64,000 bases of DNA from Candidatus Bathyarchaeota archaeon (GCA_963827165.1 CAWGZR010000012.1:64001-128000), one strand, 5' to 3'; positions 51,872-61,757 are shown, counted from the stretch's first letter. Notes: generated by a model not told the origin, from the letters alone. Made by a program: numbers and translations.

Positions 51872-51943
51872 ACCGTGGTCTAGTCGAAGCAAATAAGTGA
51901 ATTTGCAACAATAAAAGTTATTCGTTTTTCCAGAAGGTTCCCA

Positions 51944-53128
51944 CTAAGAATTTGCGTTTTGGGGAACAAACCGTCTTAGTCTTTCAAGCGAATGCAGTTT
52001 TTCTTTTTCCCCGATTTTGGCTTCCTGCACAGATTGTTTAAGGATTTGGATTGACTCGTCCATTGCTTTGCGGTCAACTGGGTATGGGACGCCGTCTTTG
52101 CCGCCAAATGCGAAGCTGAATTTAACTGGATCTTCCCAACAGGGTTTTTCCCCGTAAACTAACTCAGCAACAAGTGCTAAGCCTCGGACTGTGGCTGGCC
52201 CCACGCCTTTTACGCTTAGCAGCTCCTCGTAGTTTCTGGGTTGAAACTCGTAAACGCGGTTCAAAGTGTCCCAGTTTATGTTTCTGGGCATGTTCAGGCT
52301 ATATAGGGTTTGCCGCCAAGGATCATCTGTCCGAGGCATCCAATTCTGCAATGACGATTGGTTGATTGGTTTTGCGGCTGCTTGGATAAGATTCATGAGT
52401 TTACGGGTGGGTTCTTTTGCTAAGTCAACGGAGGCTTTTCTGGCGCCTGCACTGGTTTTCGACACCATGTTTAAGGCTGTTTGGCGCTTGGCATCGCCGA
52501 CTATTGCGTTTTCGGGCTCAACCACGAAGTCGGTCACGTTTTCCGAGAGCCAATGATAGCGTCTTGCCGAACTGTCCAACTCGCACATGCCCTGCTGGAT
52601 GACGGCCCATTTCGCTTCCCGAGTAACCAAGAAGGCGTGATGGTATAGCTGATACCCTGCTTGAATGGCAGTGTTATCAACTTTTGCAGCCATTTTACTG
52701 CTGTAAGTCAGCGCGTTGACGGTTTCTTCGGAAAAGCCAAATTTTTCGCCTGCCTCCGCTATGTCGTTTGGAGTTTTTTTGGAGGTTTTGCCTTTGCCGC
52801 CGCAGATTGCAACGCCGTGTTCTTCAGGGGTAATCGCAGTTTTGAGTATGCCTGTCACGACTGTAGTTACTCCGCTGCTGTGCCAGTCGTAGGCTAATAC
52901 GCAGCCGAACGCTTGGAACCAGTACGGGTCAGAGAGACGTTCGATAAAAGTTGTTGCGCCGTACTCGTCAATCATGATGTCGGCTATTTCCTTGGCTAAC
53001 TTACGCATACGCACTGTAAGCCAGGATGGCGCTTTTCCACCGTGAAGAGGAAGGTTCGCAAGTCCAGTTCTATACATCACGTCACAAGTCTCTGATGGAT
53101 CGCCATATGATATATGGGTTTTTTCCAT
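51944..53128 (-). CDS. DUF763 domain protein
   Basis: LPLHGGKAP, DWHSSGVTT, YHH, QQGM, RRYHW, GGKDGVP. Confidence 0.9.
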   Translation of the reverse strand: MEKTHISYGDPSETCDVMYRTGLANLPLHGGKAPSWLTVRMRKLAKEIADIMIDEYGATTFIERLSDPYWFQAFGCVLAYDWHSSGVTTVVTGILKTAITPEEHGVAICGGKGKTSKKTPNDIAEAGEKFGFSEETVNALTYSSKMAAKVDNTAIQAGYQLYHHAFLVTREAKWAVIQQGMCELDSSARRYHWLSENVTDFVVEPENAIVGDAKRQTALNMVSKTSAGARKASVDLAKEPTRKLMNLIQAAAKPINQSSLQNWMPRTDDPWRQTLYSLNMPRNINWDTLNRVYEFQPRNYEELLSVKGVGPATVRGLALVAELVYGEKPCWEDPVKFSFAFGGKDGVPYPVDRKAMDESIQILKQSVQEAKIGEKEKLHSLERLRRFVPQNANS

Positions 53129-53186
53129 TAACCTAGCAAAACGAAAGAAAAATGGTTAGAGAAAGCCTCTCATTTTAGAAGGGTGG

Positions 53187-53492
53187 TTAGGTGTTCCCTG
53201 TTAATTGCAGGAGCTGCTTCTTTGTCAATCCTTCACCTGGCTCAGCATCAAGGCGCTTGTCTACTTCGCCCTTTTTGAAAAGCAACACCGTCGGGTAGTA
53301 ATCAATTTGGTATTTGTCGCATAAATCCGGTTTATCGTCGATCAAAACAGTCATGCATTCGTCCGGGTGGCGCTTTGCATATTCCTTGAATATCGGCAAA
53401 AATTGCTGTGAAAAATGGCACCACGAAGCATAAAAAAGCACGTATGCTTTGTCTTTTGACTTAACCGTTCGTTCAAAGCTGTTATCAGCCAT
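53187..53492 (-). CDS. Thioredoxin-fold protein (CxxS)
   Basis: FYASWCHFS...YPT. Confidence 0.85.
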   Translation of the reverse strand: MADNSFERTVKSKDKAYVLFYASWCHFSQQFLPIFKEYAKRHPDECMTVLIDDKPDLCDKYQIDYYPTVLLFKKGEVDKRLDAEPGEGLTKKQLLQLTGNT

Positions 53493-53498
53493 TCATTT

Positions 53499-54206
53499 TC
53501 ACCTCTGTTCTCTGTCTTCCTCTTCTGGATAGTGGCTGCTGTCGCAAAAGGGCTTGTTTGTTGATTTTCCGCATCGGCAAAGGGTCACCCGGTTTCTCAC
53601 CTCATACAGTTTTCCGTCTGCGGAGTAAACAGGAATCCCACCACGAACCCAATAAGGCCCGCTTACATCTTTAGCAGGATCCTCAATCACGCCGATGGAT
53701 TTCTCAAGCTTTGGCTCCAACGCCACGTTTGTTTTTTTGTCGTAAGCAACAAGTCTGCCAGATGGGCAATCAGAACAGTTTTCGCTGACGTTTTTCTTTG
53801 CCTCAGGAATATTCGTTTGATGGATAACATTCCAAACGTCTCCTCCTCTATGGCAGAAACGTGCCGAAGCGCAAAGAATAACAGCATCCCTGAGCAGCAA
53901 TTCGGGTCCGTCAATTTTCTCCGCCATCTTTTCGAAAGGTTCATTGTCGCTTGCTTCAGCGCCGTCAAAATTGATTTTTAAGTGGCTGCTGTCGCAAAAC
54001 GGCTTTTTCGCTGATTGCCCGCATCGGCATAAAAGGTAGTTTTGCGTCGTCTTTAGCCGCTCTCCGAAAATCCACTGAACAGGAGTGCCTGTACCATCGC
54101 ATTCGATTATCGCGGGGAACAAAGCGTCTACTCCAGATACTAAGTAAGGTCCATTTTTCATTACCGTAATCTTCTTGTCAACGGACTTGTCTAAACCAGC
54201 TTCCAA
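53499..54206 (-). CDS. CDGSH iron-sulfur protein
   Basis: Two LCRCG.S..KPFCDSSH motifs flanking a CPSG ferredoxin-like region. Confidence 0.9.
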   Translation of the reverse strand: MEAGLDKSVDKKITVMKNGPYLVSGVDALFPAIIECDGTGTPVQWIFGERLKTTQNYLLCRCGQSAKKPFCDSSHLKINFDGAEASDNEPFEKMAEKIDGPELLLRDAVILCASARFCHRGGDVWNVIHQTNIPEAKKNVSENCSDCPSGRLVAYDKKTNVALEPKLEKSIGVIEDPAKDVSGPYWVRGGIPVYSADGKLYEVRNRVTLCRCGKSTNKPFCDSSHYPEEEDREQR

Positions 54207-54284
54207 ACTTCGCGCCTCACATTAATTTCACAAAACTCTTGTTTAATCAATAAAAATGTTAGTAATAAGCTTACGTTGATCTAA

Positions 54285-55772
54285 TTATGAAAGTTCGCTT
54301 ACTTCGGCATGTCTGATTTGTCGTTTAATCAATCCAGCAAAAACCTTGTAGGCTTGCTTTAACGGAATCCGGTACCCCTTATCCCTAAATGACATGTCGA
54401 GCAGGTTGTCTACCCAGCGTAGACTGTGTTCAGCGCATAGAAACATCAGTTCCTCGTGAAGCTTGTTAACTTGAGTTTCTCTGAACCACTCCTTGTTTTT
54501 TAGTCTGCCTAACGGAACAAAGAAAAGCGGCACGATAAGGCTTCGGCAATCTTTAACGTCCTCCAGCAACTCCATCGTTTTTATGACATCATCCTCTGTT
54601 TCATCAGGAAGTCCAACGATAAGCGTTGCTACAGGAATCAAATTGTGGTCATGCATTATGCCAAAACCCTGGCGCGCGACCTGTGGCCATTCTTCGGCTT
54701 TAAACGGAAAGGCTTTCGCAGGCATGATTTTCTTGGCAAGTTGCGCTGAACCTGTTTCGAGACCGATTTCGGCTCCCCACCAAGCTTGCTTCTGAAGAAT
54801 AATGTCTGAGAGTTTGGCGACCAACTGGGGTTTTGACGCGACAGCAGCGAGGGAACAGTGGCTCCAGCTTATCGTGTTCACTTTGCTCATAACTGTCTCG
54901 TGAAGCTTCAGGAGTTTTTCGTCGTTCGGCACTGCGTTTTGGGAACCGTATAACATGACGTCTTCTGAGTGCAGACAGATAACCCTCTGTTTGCCATCAA
55001 GATTAACTGCTAATTCCCGAATTATTTTGTCTATGGGATACCATCGTAGAGGTCTTAGTGTGACGTTGCAGAATTCGCAGCCTCTACAGCATCCGCGGCC
55101 CAGCTCGACTAACCCGTTTATAGACGGATGGACGATGTCTGGGATTTCCTCCATTTTTGGTGCGTCCTTCCCCGGGATTTCGAAGTGAGGTGGCAGCGGT
55201 TCGCCCTTTATAGCATCTTTGAAGAGTTTCCCTATTACGTTTTCGGCCTCTCCTTCTACAACGCAATCAACGATTTTTTTCTCAACTAACTGTGGTCTGT
55301 AACGGAACTGCCATGCGCCAGGTCCGCCCACAATTATTTTTGCACCGTTTCGTTTTGCTTCTCTGATAAGCGGACTTGTAACTAACCCTTGAAAGTGTCT
55401 TGCCAAAAATGGTTCCTTTTGGAAAAGCGCAGCTAACGTGGTTGAAGCGGGACCGAATCCGAAGGGATCCATGGTGTGGATTCCGATGACTTTCGCGCTT
55501 TTTACGTATTTTCGGAGGTGCTGCGGGCTGATGGTTAGAACGTTGAAGCCTTCTTTTAGTAGTTGAGCTTCGATTTTTCTTAAGCCATAAGGCGCAGCAG
55601 TCGGTAGCCCTCTGTTGGCTTTTATGGGTGGAAAAAACAGGTAGCTGTATAGTACATCTGGAATGAAGTTGGATGGGGCGCATGTGCCGAATCCTAAAAA
55701 CTGGTTTCCGTGGTAGTTGCTCATTAGAGTTCTGTCAGCAACTAAGACAACTTCTACACCGTTGTTTGCCAT
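54285..55772 (-). CDS. B12-binding radical SAM protein, GDGT ring synthase (GrsA/B)-like family
   Basis: VVLVADRTLMSNY, APYGLRKIEA, MDPFG.GP, GRGCCRGCEFC, GLETGS. Confidence 0.75.
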   Translation of the reverse strand: MANNGVEVVLVADRTLMSNYHGNQFLGFGTCAPSNFIPDVLYSYLFFPPIKANRGLPTAAPYGLRKIEAQLLKEGFNVLTISPQHLRKYVKSAKVIGIHTMDPFGFGPASTTLAALFQKEPFLARHFQGLVTSPLIREAKRNGAKIIVGGPGAWQFRYRPQLVEKKIVDCVVEGEAENVIGKLFKDAIKGEPLPPHFEIPGKDAPKMEEIPDIVHPSINGLVELGRGCCRGCEFCNVTLRPLRWYPIDKIIRELAVNLDGKQRVICLHSEDVMLYGSQNAVPNDEKLLKLHETVMSKVNTISWSHCSLAAVASKPQLVAKLSDIILQKQAWWGAEIGLETGSAQLAKKIMPAKAFPFKAEEWPQVARQGFGIMHDHNLIPVATLIVGLPDETEDDVIKTMELLEDVKDCRSLIVPLFFVPLGRLKNKEWFRETQVNKLHEELMFLCAEHSLRWVDNLLDMSFRDKGYRIPLKQAYKVFAGLIKRQIRHAEVSELS

Positions 55773-56138
55773 GCGAAACCATCAGTTTAAACCAATTTAG
55801 GGATTGAATAGGTTATTCTACTTAGCATGTGGAGTAATTAAGTTATTCTGTTGTATAGAATAAGCCTTGAAGCTGCATAATACTGTTTAGTTTCTATCGT
55901 GGAAGAATAGTTGGTTTGCGGCTCCTTGTAGATGATGTTTCGGATTTTTGTGGCAGCATGTTCTTTCCCATTATGATGTCCCTTTAACGAGCTAGACAAT
56001 CGTTAAGGGTTTATACGTCGATTGTCGATTTGGGGTTGCTGCAACTACAACCAATGTTTACATTATTTCAGTTTTTATGCGGTGATGTTTATATATTTCT
56101 TGATTTAATAAACAAACGTCAAATATACCGTTTGGGGC

Positions 56139-56621
56139 GTGAGAAATTTGGGTACAAAACCCAAAAAAACTCCGAAGAAAATGTTGGACTCCGTCGATGA
56201 TCAAATTATACGCGCATTGGAAGACGATTCCCGTCTGAGCCTACGCAAGTTAGCACAAAGAGTCGGTTTAACCCCAAACATTCTGCACAAACACCTTGAA
56301 ACGCTCGAGCATGACGGCATAATCCTTGGATATGTGCCCGTAGTTGACTCAGCAAAAATGGGTTTAGCTCTCACAGCCATAATCATGATCCAGATCGAGG
56401 GAGGACACATCCGAGAAGTAGAAGAAGAAATAGCAAAAGAAACCAATGTCTCCTCCGTATACGACATAACAGGGGAGTACGACGCCGTCGTTTTCGCCAA
56501 GTTCCAAGACAACCCAAGCCTCAACGCTTTTCTAAAAAAACTCCTCGGCGACCGATTCATAAAAAGAACAACAACCCTTGTTGCACTCAACGCCGTTAAA
56601 GAATGCAGCAAAGTGATTTAG
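56139..56621 (+). CDS. Lrp/AsnC regulator
   Basis: LDSVDDQIIRAL..DSR and YDITGEYD. Confidence 0.92.
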   Translation: MRNLGTKPKKTPKKMLDSVDDQIIRALEDDSRLSLRKLAQRVGLTPNILHKHLETLEHDGIILGYVPVVDSAKMGLALTAIIMIQIEGGHIREVEEEIAKETNVSSVYDITGEYDAVVFAKFQDNPSLNAFLKKLLGDRFIKRTTTLVALNAVKECSKVI

Positions 56622-56761
56622 TCTTTCGGTCTTTTAATTTTCTTATGTAGGTTTTTTCGTCGTTTGCTTCGGCCATAACATTTGTTATGCTTCTAGGTTT
56701 TTTGAAATTGTAAAGTTTAATACGTCTTGGCTTTTATTGTCTTAAGGGAGACGGGTTTGGG

Positions 56762-57433
56762 TTGAAGAGCATCAAGGGCATCTTGGTTGTTGGCGAAAAA
56801 AATATTTTTGGCGAGTTAGCCCAGTTGGTTGACATAGCCATGGAAGCTAACGCTCTTTTGGGAAAAATGTTCAAAATGAGCCCCACGGACAACGAGTTGA
56901 CTGAAGCTCTGCGTGGAATCCAGGCGCTTCAGAAAAAAGCGGGTGACGTTGGCTTCAAAATGAACGAGGGCATCACAGGTGGCGCGGTCAGCCCCAATGT
57001 TATCGATAGCCTGCTCAGGTGCGACATAATAATCGGCGATGTAGTTCACACCTGTCTTCACATCAGCCGGGAACTTGCAAGAATGGCTGAAGCCTATTCC
57101 GCCGGGCTTGAAATGCACCACGCCGACTGGGACTCTGTGTTTAAGAATATGCTCGAACTTATAGAAAAATCACTTTCAAAGCTCAGGCAGGCCCTTTTCT
57201 CTTCGGATATGGCTGAGATTTTCAGTCTGCACAAGGAAATACAAGTTTTAGAGGAGCAGGGCGACGATGTTAAGGACCTCGGCTTTGATAGGTTGTACAG
57301 CATTGCCCCGCAACTCCATTACCTTGAATTTTACCACTACCAAAAAATGCTTCATAACTGCGAAGACATTTTAAACGACTGCTCAGACTTCGCCTCTCTG
57401 ATAGTGTCTGTGGTTACATCAATCCTTAAGTGA
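56762..57433 (+). CDS. DUF47 phosphate transport regulator
   Basis: LEEQGDDVK motif; adjacent to PiT. Confidence 0.8.
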   Translation: MKSIKGILVVGEKNIFGELAQLVDIAMEANALLGKMFKMSPTDNELTEALRGIQALQKKAGDVGFKMNEGITGGAVSPNVIDSLLRCDIIIGDVVHTCLHISRELARMAEAYSAGLEMHHADWDSVFKNMLELIEKSLSKLRQALFSSDMAEIFSLHKEIQVLEEQGDDVKDLGFDRLYSIAPQLHYLEFYHYQKMLHNCEDILNDCSDFASLIVSVVTSILK

Positions 57434-57440
57434 CGCTCCG

Positions 57441-58406
57441 ATGATTTGGCTTTCTTTTGCAGTTGTCATCTTGACCTTCGTTGCCGTGATGCTTGTTGCA
57501 GGAAACAACCTGTCTGCATGCGTAGGCCCCGCCATAGGCTCGAGAATCATAACTAAAAGGTTCGGGATGCTGCTTGGCGCCGTAGGGTTTTCCATAGGAC
57601 TTTTAGCTCAGGGTGCTGGAATGATAAAAACAGTCGCTAGGCTTTTGCCGAGCGGTGCCATGCAGTTTCGCGCTGAAGCCTTGTTAGTTGCCATATTAAT
57701 CTTTGTTATCGCCGACTTGATTAGGGCGCCGATGTCTGTTAGCATGTCTCTCGTCGGAGTGCTTGCAGGCCTGTCGGTTGCCGAGGACACATTTAGAAGC
57801 GGCGCTTACGTGTCTGAGGTTGCCCTAATGTGGGTTGCGGCCCCCATAATCGCTATAGCATTCTCGTTTTACGTCCTCCGCTTTATCAATAGACGCAAAC
57901 CGAAGAACTTTTGGCATAGGCTGCAAATCTACAAGATTCTACTCATTGCTTTGGCGCTTTCCACCTCGTATGTATTGGGAGCAAACACCATTGGCTTGAT
58001 AGTTGCCACGGGAGGCTTTGACTTGCCAATTGTAGCTTTGGCTGTCGTAGCAATTTTCATCGGTGCTTTCTTCTTGAGTGCGGGTGAGATTCGCAGAGTT
58101 TCGGAGGAGCTTTTTCTCATGCGGTACCCCAATGCAACTGTGACTCTTTTGACTTCCACGGTTCTTGTAGAAGCGGCTACCCTGCTGAGAATTCCGCTGT
58201 CAAATACCCAAGCGCTTTCGGCGTCGGTTCTCGGTGCGGGGATTTCGTATAAGTCGAAGTTTGTTTCTGTTAAGCCTTTTCTTATTATAGTTTTGAGCTG
58301 GGTGATAGCGCCGTTGCTTAGCTTTTCGATTGGGTTGTTGCTGGGCAGAACTCTAGACGCTGTGTTGATTTGTTGGGCGATTACTTTTGACATGTTTAGC
58401 GTTTAG
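57441..58406 (+). CDS. PiT-family inorganic phosphate transporter
   Basis: GNN / GAN repeats, P.S..Q, SWVIAP. Confidence 0.82.
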   Translation: MIWLSFAVVILTFVAVMLVAGNNLSACVGPAIGSRIITKRFGMLLGAVGFSIGLLAQGAGMIKTVARLLPSGAMQFRAEALLVAILIFVIADLIRAPMSVSMSLVGVLAGLSVAEDTFRSGAYVSEVALMWVAAPIIAIAFSFYVLRFINRRKPKNFWHRLQIYKILLIALALSTSYVLGANTIGLIVATGGFDLPIVALAVVAIFIGAFFLSAGEIRRVSEELFLMRYPNATVTLLTSTVLVEAATLLRIPLSNTQALSASVLGAGISYKSKFVSVKPFLIIVLSWVIAPLLSFSIGLLLGRTLDAVLICWAITFDMFSV

Positions 58407-58433
58407 ACATTTTATTGTGTATTATTTTAGTTT

Positions 58434-58474
58434 TTCATAAAAGTTATGAACAAATATTAACTAAGCTTATATTT
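58434..58474 (+). promoter_or_regulatory. Promoter P1: TTCATAA-N3-TTATGAA box plus TATA
   Basis: Box at 58434-58450; TTATATTT at 58467. Confidence 0.75.
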
Positions 58475-58514
58475 GGTTGAACGCCTTATTGCTACACTTG
58501 AATTGGTGTTACAA

Positions 58515-58625
58515 TTGAAGAAAGCGACCAAAGAAACTGAACGAAACTTTGAAGAGCAAGTTATCTTGGACTCTCGAAGACAACCTCATAGCATCTTTCG
58601 AAAAAGAATTTTCAAGAAAAAATAA
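58515..58625 (+). CDS. 36 aa basic microprotein MKKATKETERNFEEQVILDSRRQPHSIFRKRIFKKK
   Basis: TTG start, GGTG RBS, 48 nt from the P1 TATA box. Confidence 0.55.
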   Translation: MKKATKETERNFEEQVILDSRRQPHSIFRKRIFKKK

Positions 58626-58689
58626 GCAAACAGAGTGCACTCCTAATTTATAAGCTCGCAGTTTTGCTTTTGGAAAGTTGAGGCATTCA

Positions 58690-58840
58690 GAGATTTTTTT
58701 TGTTTGTGTTTTGGGTTCTTTTTTTGGTTTGAGGCTTGGATTGGTTGCAACTGTATGCTATAATATGCCATAATATGCTATAAAGCGCTAAAATATGCTA
58801 TTTTAAGCTAAAAAACGCTAGAATATGCTAGAAAAGGATA
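58690..58840 (-). repeat. 10-bp-period array element, copy B (TAGC x8 plus tail)
   Basis: GCTA/GCCA every 10 bp from 58757 to 58827; tail aligns to copy A. Confidence 0.8.
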
Positions 58841-58879
58841 GAAAAGACAATGTGAGTCAACAGAGGGGAAGAGGAAATT

Positions 58880-59060
58880 CGAGCTTTGGGATGTTTTGGG
58901 TTTTTTCGCGTTTTTTTTTCCGCTAGTGTTTTGAGTTGCTTTCATGCTGGGAAGCTTGAATCACTTGTAGGTTGCGTCCTAAAACGTCGCCAAACGTCAG
59001 GTACCGTCATAAAACGTCACTAAACGTCAACAAAAATTAACATGCGACCACAGACGTCAA
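58880..59060 (-). repeat. 10-bp-period array element, copy C (GACG x7-8 plus tail)
   Basis: CGTC at 58975 ... 59025 and 59055; tail GAAAGCAACTCAAAA aligns ungapped to copy A. Confidence 0.8.
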
Positions 59061-59128
59061 TTAACAGCGTTATAGTGTTTAGAATTGGACGATTCAAAAA
59101 AAAAGGTAGAAAGACCCAAAGAAGGGGG

Positions 59129-60691
59129 TCAGTCTTTTTTCCAGAACATTAGAGTTCCGGATTTGGCAGCCTTCTTAGGCTCGCTCTCGTCCTCATCTTT
59201 GCCTGGGAACGGGAACAAACCGGAAGACTTTGATTTTGAGTTAACCCGGAAATAGATTAACCCTATTGCTAGCCAAATTGCAGTGCCTGCTATAGCAAAG
59301 ATTCCTTCTTGCGCCGAAGCCCCTCCGCCAGCAAAGCTTAGGTACACAATAGTGGCCATCATAACTGCGTTAGCCGCGAATCCTGCGATTGGAATTACTC
59401 TGCGTTTCAATATAGACGCTCTCTCTTTAGTGAAGGCGATCAATGCAACAATGTTTGTTAGTGCATACAGCAGGAAGGTGCCAAAGTTAGACAGCAAAGT
59501 AATGGATGTTAAGTTCGTGATCGTCAGTACTCCGAAAGATCCTATGGCGGCTGCGACAGCGGTCATTACCCAGATTCCAATGGCTGGAGTCGAGTACTTT
59601 GGGTTTAGCTTGCTAAGGTGATAAGGCACTTCAGTATCTCGGCTTATAGCGTAAGTTACTCTAACACCGGTGTTCATGCATGCAAGCGTAGTTCCTAATA
59701 TTGCGGCGGCAACAATGGCGGCTATTATTAACTCGAGTGTGAACCCGTTGCCTCCGAGGAATACGTTCCCAAGGTTTCGAACCATATCTCCGATGGGAGC
59801 GCTTGAAACTGCAGCAGCACCAAATCCTGAGAACACCTTGCCGTTTTGCGTTACTGTATAGCTACTGTTCATCCATGCCTCAGCTCCGAAATATTCGAAC
59901 AGATACGCGAAGGCTCCTTGAATAACCAATGATAAGATGATTGCTTTTGGAACGACCTTGGGGTCTTTGGCTTCTCCGGTATAAGCAGTCGCGGATTCGA
60001 ACCCGACTAGCACTAAGATAGCAATGGTCGCTTGAAATAGCACGAAGCTGATGTCATGAGGTGTAACTATTCCGCCAAGGCTAATGAACGTGAAACTTAC
60101 ATGTTGAGGGTTCGTAAGACGGAACGCCAATGCCATTCCAGTGATGACCACCAGCATCCCGATTTGAACAATGTTCAGAAGAAGGTTCGTTCTTGTTGAT
60201 CCTTGAATCCCGCGATAGGCTATTGCGCCTGTAACAACCGCAAATACGCAAGCAATGGCAATTTCCCCTAAGGGTGAGACGCCGAAACCGAGTACAGATA
60301 GGATCCATGTGAGCAGGATGGACATTGCTGCGACCATGACCCCTGGATAGACCCAGTAATAGAGGTGAGAAATCCACCCGACACCGAACTTTGCGTTTCT
60401 AGCCGAAGTGTTGCTGGCTCCGTTGTCTAGTAAGGCTCTTTGAGCGAAATAGTACGAACTGCCTGGACCGGCGTCGGGGTATCGTCGTGCTAGCCACGAA
60501 TAAGAAGCGGCAGTTAGGAACGCCAAGATTAATGCTATTGTGAGGCCAAAAAATATGTCGTTGGCAGTTGAAGCGCCAGATGGCGAGGTCTGGGCTGCGT
60601 TTATCTGAAAAGTGAGCCATAAGAATGCTCCTGGAGCTATTAAGGCCATGGCGTTTATTGTGATGCCGCCTAGGCCTAGAGTTTTTTGCAA
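59129..60691 (-). CDS. APC-family permease
   Basis: ~12 TM; GFESAT...E.KDP...PKAI, R..YAISRD, TP. Confidence 0.9.
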   Translation of the reverse strand: MQKTLGLGGITINAMALIAPGAFLWLTFQINAAQTSPSGASTANDIFFGLTIALILAFLTAASYSWLARRYPDAGPGSSYYFAQRALLDNGASNTSARNAKFGVGWISHLYYWVYPGVMVAAMSILLTWILSVLGFGVSPLGEIAIACVFAVVTGAIAYRGIQGSTRTNLLLNIVQIGMLVVITGMALAFRLTNPQHVSFTFISLGGIVTPHDISFVLFQATIAILVLVGFESATAYTGEAKDPKVVPKAIILSLVIQGAFAYLFEYFGAEAWMNSSYTVTQNGKVFSGFGAAAVSSAPIGDMVRNLGNVFLGGNGFTLELIIAAIVAAAILGTTLACMNTGVRVTYAISRDTEVPYHLSKLNPKYSTPAIGIWVMTAVAAAIGSFGVLTITNLTSITLLSNFGTFLLYALTNIVALIAFTKERASILKRRVIPIAGFAANAVMMATIVYLSFAGGGASAQEGIFAIAGTAIWLAIGLIYFRVNSKSKSSGLFPFPGKDEDESEPKKAAKSGTLMFWKKD

Positions 60692-60725
60692 TGCCGGTGA
60701 CTTTTGCGTCTGTTCACCTGTGGAG

Positions 60726-60860
60726 TCAGTAGGTATCTAATTTCCCCCCTTTAAGTGGCAAGCTGAAAATAGCGGAAAATAGTTTTTCGATTTTGACAAC
60801 TAATGTTTTGTGCTTTCTGCTTGTCTCTTTTACATTTGGAGATTCCATTTCCTTTTTCAT
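60726..60860 (-). CDS. 44 aa microprotein MKKEMESPNVKETSRKHKTLVVKIEKLFSAIFSLPLKGGKLDTY
   Basis: ATG with GGTG RBS, 48 nt from the P2 TATA box, directly upstream of the permease. Confidence 0.55.
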   Translation of the reverse strand: MKKEMESPNVKETSRKHKTLVVKIEKLFSAIFSLPLKGGKLDTY

Positions 60861-60900
60861 CTAGAAACACCGAACTTTTAGTAGATATGGCAAATCTAGT

Positions 60901-60941
60901 GAATATAAACTTGGTTAAGATTTGTTCATAATAATTATGAA
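60901..60941 (-). promoter_or_regulatory. Promoter P2: box plus TATA
   Basis: Box at 60925-60941; TTATATTC at 60908-60901. Confidence 0.75.
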
Positions 60942-61246
60942 TAACTGTAAGTATTTTCATTATATTAATAAATTAATGCATAAAAAGTCATTGAAAGATG
61001 TTTCTGTTGAACAAAATAAAGAAATTTCTTGCGGGCAAGGCAAGAGGGCAAAACATTACGGGCTTCCTTTGAGAAAAACCTTCAAACGACCTCAAATTCT
61101 GAAATCCATTGCCTCGCCTCCGATTACACAAACATTTCGAACAGCAATCAAGATTCTCTTTTTTATGCTCCTTCGCAGTCATGTTTTAATATTTTCAATA
61201 AAAAAAGCGCCATTGGCGATATTTATGGGGTGCGAATTTTACGGCA

Positions 61247-61342
61247 TCACTTGATTTTTAGCTGTAACCGAATTTGGTAGCCAATCGTCGCTATTGACCC
61301 CATTATGACACATGTCCAGACTACATCCACTAATCCAAACAT
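61247..61342 (-). CDS. 31 aa single-TM microprotein MFGLVDVVWTCVIMGSIATIGYQIRLQLKIK
   Basis: GGTGG RBS; paralog at 61758. Confidence 0.75.
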   Translation of the reverse strand: MFGLVDVVWTCVIMGSIATIGYQIRLQLKIK

Positions 61343-61392
61343 TTTTCCACCAGATTCCAATTTTATTGAACGATTTCTAAGGAGAAAGCATC

Positions 61393-61433
61393 CTATATAA
61401 ACGTAATTGTGAACCGTTCATAACTTTTATGAA
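61393..61433 (-). promoter_or_regulatory. Promoter P3: box plus TATA
   Basis: Box at 61417-61433; TTATATAG at 61400-61393. Confidence 0.75.
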
Positions 61434-61676
61434 AAATAAAAAAGCTGTGCAATTGGAGAGAATGAAATTAGACGTTTGGCTGTGTAATTTCTATTTGCTT
61501 GGACACTTGGTCCGGTCCAATTCGTTCTCGGTTCGGGCACTTCAATTTTCATCCTCAAAACCCGAAGTGGCCACCTCTCATAAAATAAATGTGCTTTTTA
61601 GTTGTATCAAACAAGCTCACGCCAATTATTTATTTCACACGAATTTTCTTTTGTCATTTTGACGCTTGTCGATGTT

Positions 61677-61717
61677 TTATGAAATGTTATGAACAAATCA
61701 CAACTTTATTTATATTT
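61677..61717 (+). promoter_or_regulatory. Promoter P4: degenerate box plus TATA
   Basis: TTATGAA-ATG-TTATGAACAAAT; TTATATTT at 61710. Confidence 0.7.
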
Positions 61718-61757
61718 AGCTGAGCAGATAACTAACTTACGTAAAAACGGTGAAAAT

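Noticed and set aside
58751-59060. CRISPR array interpretation of the short repeats
   Set aside because: Units are only 10 bp, with no 25-40 bp repeats or spacers and no cas genes
58431-61436. Identical 21-bp inverted repeats (TTTTTCATAAAAGTTATGAAC) as transposon ends
   Set aside because: No transposase or target duplication; better explained as copies of the operator box at fixed spacing from TATA
60751-61662. Track ORFs of 64-110 aa in this AT-rich region
   Set aside because: They lack RBSs and overlap the promoter boxes and the better-supported microprotein ORFs
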